A stretch of DNA of 64,000 nucleotides from positions 17,123 through 81,122 of IMG/VR virus record IMGVR_UViG_3300041407_000094; one strand, given 5' to 3'. Below are positions 60,585 to 64,000 of this stretch, in pieces (the first letter of the stretch is position 1; each line of letters starts with the position of its first letter). This stretch comes from a virus. Both the position numbers and the translations under genes were made by a program. The notes beneath the pieces are model-generated. The model searched no databases, was not told the DNA's origin, and saw nothing but the letters and a program-made list of their open reading frames with translations.

Positions 60585-61483
60585 GATCCAGCCCCTTTCT
60601 GAACAACTTTCTCAAGACTTGATGCTTTGATGTCCGTATACCAAGTTGGCGAACGCCATCCGCCATAGTGTCTGAGAGAATCCACTTTCATCCAGCCTGT
60701 GATTAATGTATCTTCAAGATAAATAATATCACCAGCTTTAATATCTGGATTAAGAAGAATCCTCATCTGAATTCCGGGCTTCTTAGCCTTATCCTTTGCG
60801 GATCTACGTCTATCACCTGATACACGATAAGCTGTATCAACCAAACCTGTATATTGAGAAATCACATAAGCTTGTTGAAAGTTTTCTGTGGCAGCTCTAT
60901 CATTATTATGGACATACAAAACGTCATCATCTATCTGAGTGTCAAGTTGATACTTTTCAGCCAACTCATCTAACATCTCTTTAGGCGTACCCATCAAAGG
61001 GTAGCCATAAATGATTTCGTTGTTTAAGTTGGTGCCGTTATAAACACCTCTAGATACGCCGGGAAGATTCTTACGAATAGCTTCTGCAACATCTTTAACT
61101 GTTTGTCCCGGTGCAACTAGCTCAGAGAGTATCTGATGATTTAATTCCGTATAGCCAGCACCAAGCTGAAGCTGAGTAACAAGGTCCGTACCAGACTTAC
61201 GAGTACTTACATGGGTAACTTGTCCACCGAACAATCTTTTAGGACCACCAGTGTCCAGATAACCTGCACTGAAAACAGCAGCGGGGTAGTCGGTGTCTAG
61301 GAGTTTAATCTGTTCCCTTGAAAGATTATAAATCTCAATGGCCGCACTGTTGGTTTTCTTTTTGTTGTCCGTTGATTTAGATATATCAAAGGTTACTTGA
61401 AGATCTGTAATCTCTAGAGCTTCACCAGAGTTACTATCACCAACAATTAGGACATACTGGCGGTTTCTCTGGATTAAGTCCAT
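60581..61483 (-). CDS. baseplate hub protein
   Basis: FDISKS, N.A.IEIYNLS, LLNP.I..GD motifs; position in the tail module. Confidence 0.8.
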   Translation of the reverse strand: MDLIQRNRQYVLIVGDSNSGEALEITDLQVTFDISKSTDNKKKTNSAAIEIYNLSREQIKLLDTDYPAAVFSAGYLDTGGPKRLFGGQVTHVSTRKSGTDLVTQLQLGAGYTELNHQILSELVAPGQTVKDVAEAIRKNLPGVSRGVYNGTNLNNEIIYGYPLMGTPKEMLDELAEKYQLDTQIDDDVLYVHNNDRAATENFQQAYVISQYTGLVDTAYRVSGDRRRSAKDKAKKPGIQMRILLNPDIKAGDIIYLEDTLITGWMKVDSLRHYGGWRSPTWYTDIKASSLEKVVQKGAGS

Positions 61484-61821
61484 TAATCTTCCTCTGGTGA
61501 ATATAAATAAAACAAATTATAATACTGATCAACAGACTCGGGATAAACCTTATATGGTTCACTAATGATATCAGCCTTCTCTTCCATCCAAATGAATCCA
61601 GTTAGAGGGAAGATTGCATAATCAAGGAACAAGGGATAGTTAGGAACTAAAGCCTCCCCCAATATGATTGGGTTGGAATCAGCATCATAAAGATTTATGA
61701 AATACAGTTCAGCCCTCTCATTATAAATGAACTCAAATATATAAGAGTCACCTTGAAAGGCTATTGTATAAGTATAGTAAGGATCACTAAACAAAGGCAT
61801 TGCTATATATTTATCAGCCAT
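61483..61821 (-). CDS. virion baseplate-associated protein
   Basis: Y.FEF.YNER...Y.I.LYD pattern; conserved position before the hub gene. Confidence 0.65.
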   Translation of the reverse strand: MADKYIAMPLFSDPYYTYTIAFQGDSYIFEFIYNERAELYFINLYDADSNPIILGEALVPNYPLFLDYAIFPLTGFIWMEEKADIISEPYKVYPESVDQYYNLFYLYSPEED

Positions 61822-62611
61822 TTTCCCTTGCCTGCCTTAGTGGGTCTGTGTCTTTAGGTGCATTCGTTCCCGCGTTAGGTCCATCTACCTCTTGAGGAGT
61901 GCTGTCCTGTTTACCTTTTGATGCTTTAGGGGCTGCTTTCTTTTTAAGAGATTCCTGTACATCTTTTGGGATTGTGGTCTTCTTCAAGAAAGCAAAAGTC
62001 ACTTGCTCAAAGGTGATATCACAATACAAACCATACCCTGTATTTGCATCTTCCTTAAAAGTAATCTTGGTCATTACAAGATTATTGATTACTTTACGAA
62101 GCAGAGTATTATCGTATTCAAACAAGCGGACAAGTTGAATGCTAGGATCGAATTGACCAGTCTTCTCGTTGAAGATAACGCCAGCGGTGAGGTCTACCAG
62201 AGCCTGACGAATCTGCTCCATAAGATCAGTACGTCTTGCGTCAACAATTACTTCAGGTGCACTATCGGACAGGAATTGACCAAGACTATCAGGAATAAAC
62301 TTCTTAAGAACACTTTGATCAGTAGAATTTACACTGACAGCATTAGGAGCTTCATTACTATTATAGGGAGAGTTACCATCCAAATCTTGGATTAGGTAAG
62401 TTCCTGTAGAGATATCTACACCCGTAATCACAGCACCAATTGTAAAAACTGGGTTACTTTTGATGTAGTGATCAGTGATATTTCCACCTAAAGCGACGGG
62501 ATGTTTGGTTACTTGTCCGCTGTAGTTTTGTGTATAGCTTGTTACAGCATCACAGTAGATCAGTCCCCCCTCTTGTACAGAGGAGTCACCCCAAGAAATT
62601 GCTAATGACAC
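61814..62611 (-). CDS. tail tube initiator / Dit-like protein
   Basis: DAV.......VTKHPV..G..ITDH motif directly after the tape measure gene. Confidence 0.75.
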   Translation of the reverse strand: MSLAISWGDSSVQEGGLIYCDAVTSYTQNYSGQVTKHPVALGGNITDHYIKSNPVFTIGAVITGVDISTGTYLIQDLDGNSPYNSNEAPNAVSVNSTDQSVLKKFIPDSLGQFLSDSAPEVIVDARRTDLMEQIRQALVDLTAGVIFNEKTGQFDPSIQLVRLFEYDNTLLRKVINNLVMTKITFKEDANTGYGLYCDITFEQVTFAFLKKTTIPKDVQESLKKKAAPKASKGKQDSTPQEVDGPNAGTNAPKDTDPLRQARENG

Positions 62612-62621
62612 AGGTGCCTCC

Positions 62622-64000
62622 TTATTGTTTAACTGGGAACTGTACGTTCACTTGCTCAAAGGATTGAACAAACATATTTGCTACAGCTTCGCCAATAGCT
62701 TGAGCTTGTGCATTAGCATCCATGCCTTGTAGAGTAGACCCATCAACATTAACTTCAATATTGATTTCATTACTGTTGTTATTCACGATACCCATTGCTT
62801 TATCTTCAGCAGCAGCTTTAGCCATATCACCTTGGAGTGCATCGTAATCAGCAGCGTTATCGTATTGTGGTGACTTGGGGTCTTCGTACAGCGCCTTACC
62901 TCTAGCCTGTGCTCGGTCAATCGCTGCATCAGTACCATCATAAGTTTTGGTAGCTACTTGGTATGCCCAAGTAAGCGGTCTTTCCCAACCATTAACAAGG
63001 GGCTTTTCTGTAGAGCCTTTTGTATTATTCAACCACTCTTGAAACTCAGCAATCTTTGCCATTATCGCTGCAATTTCTTTTGCTGTGGCCTCAAGGGTAG
63101 GTAGAAAATCAAACTTAATTCCACCTATATCTGTGAACATTTGTTTGATAATTTGCCAATCTTGTACTAGTTGAGATGTTTTATCAATCCCTAGCCAATC
63201 AGCTACAACACTATCCTTACCTTCTAAAGCTCTCATAAACGATTGTGGAAAAAGGAGTAGATCATCGGCCCACTTAGTGGCCTCATTAAAGCCCTCAGCC
63301 AATCCCTTAACCAGAGTACCACTCTCACTCAATCCTGCGTTTAGTGTGCGAAAGATACGTGCAAAACCTTCTTCTACTCCTGAATTCGAAGCAACTACAG
63401 CTAGGTCATTTACGGAGTTTTGATAACGAGCTTGTTCAGCCTGAGACGCAGTAGAGGCCGCACCCAAAGCCCCGCCTGCATTAGCTCGTTGGGAAGCAGC
63501 AGCCCCCGCATATGTAAGGATGTCACTAGTAACTTTACCCTTCTTCATATCAGCAAGAAGTTGCTGGATGGCTTCGGCACCGGTTTTATTGCCACCAATT
63601 TGTTTTTGATAAGCCTCAGCGAATAGTGCTGTACCACCGGGCAATGCTTCTGCGATTTGGCCAGTTAATTCTTCAGACTGGAGTTTACCCTTACCCGCAA
63701 CTTGAGACAATGCACGAAACAAACGATTCTGAGTTGTCTTGTCAAGTTTGTTTACACGGGCAAGTTCAGCAAATCCAGAGAATACTTTCTGGCTTTCTTT
63801 TAAACCAATACCCGATCCAGTAAGACCTGAGATTAGTTTATTGTAATCGCCCGAAGCGTCAAGGAAATTGAAGCCCACACGGTTCGCTTCAGACCTCAAA
63901 TATTGGAAAGAATCTGAGCCTTGTTGTGCTGTTCCCCCGGCTTGCTGTACAACCGCTGACGTTTGCAACTGGGCAGAGACGACTTCTTGGTTACGCCTAT
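62622..64000 (-). CDS. tape measure protein (5' end outside the window)
   Basis: ALSQVAGKGKLQSEELTGQIAEALPG tape-measure motif; Ala-rich; frame open to the window edge. Confidence 0.92.
   Translation of the reverse strand, partial: RRNQEVVSAQLQTSAVVQQAGGTAQQGSDSFQYLRSEANRVGFNFLDASGDYNKLISGLTGSGIGLKESQKVFSGFAELARVNKLDKTTQNRLFRALSQVAGKGKLQSEELTGQIAEALPGGTALFAEAYQKQIGGNKTGAEAIQQLLADMKKGKVTSDILTYAGAAASQRANAGGALGAASTASQAEQARYQNSVNDLAVVASNSGVEEGFARIFRTLNAGLSESGTLVKGLAEGFNEATKWADDLLLFPQSFMRALEGKDSVVADWLGIDKTSQLVQDWQIIKQMFTDIGGIKFDFLPTLEATAKEIAAIMAKIAEFQEWLNNTKGSTEKPLVNGWERPLTWAYQVATKTYDGTDAAIDRAQARGKALYEDPKSPQYDNAADYDALQGDMAKAAAEDKAMGIVNNNSNEINIEVNVDGSTLQGMDANAQAQAIGEAVANMFVQSFEQVNVQFPVKQ

Noticed and set aside
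1-64000. tRNA, rRNA or CRISPR array
   Set aside because: No T-loop GTTCGA in a cloverleaf context and no regularly spaced repeat-spacer pattern found by eye. The 13-bp array has no spacers and the 31-bp repeat has only two copies. tRNAscan/CRT were not run.
1-64000. Prophage/temperate functions, retron or DGR
   Set aside because: No integrase, repressor pair or reverse transcriptase (YxDD in RT context) recognised, and no TR/VR repeat pair seen near the tail fibres.
1-64000. Alternative genetic code / stop-codon reassignment
   Set aside because: Long conserved genes translate intact with code 11, and TAA, TAG and TGA are all used as stops.

Overview
This window is about 64 kb of an AT-rich, lytic, contractile-tailed (myovirus-like) dsDNA phage genome. 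The host is probably Pseudomonas, inferred from a close homologue of the Pseudomonas PHA depolymerase PhaZ. Layout: (i) 1-10,945 (+): accessory/middle genes including dCMP deaminase, a truncated phosphoesterase, phaZ, two HNH endonucleases and an SF2-like helicase. (ii) ~10,950-11,770: a hairpin-rich non-coding gap. (iii) ~11,800-29,850 (-): dozens of small early genes with many sigma70-type promoters, denV, and a 458-aa polymerase-fold protein combining PolA and T7-RNAP motifs. (iv) ~29,880-29,960: a 13-bp tandem array between divergent promoters. (v) 30,091-49,097 (+): replication and nucleotide metabolism (primase-helicase, family B DNA polymerase, SSB, exonucleases, MazG-like, ThyX, class II RNR). 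(vi) 49,207-64,000 (-): lysis cassette, two receptor-binding proteins, baseplate and tape measure, interrupted by two zinc-finger endonucleases. Highlights are the phage-borne PhaZ, the second minimal polymerase, a recurring terminator/promoter module with the -35 box in the terminator loop, a repeat-flanked frameshifted gene duplicate, and a CWC protein coupled to the B12-dependent RNR. No tRNA, CRISPR array or integrase was recognised. All calls come from reading motifs by eye; no searches were run.
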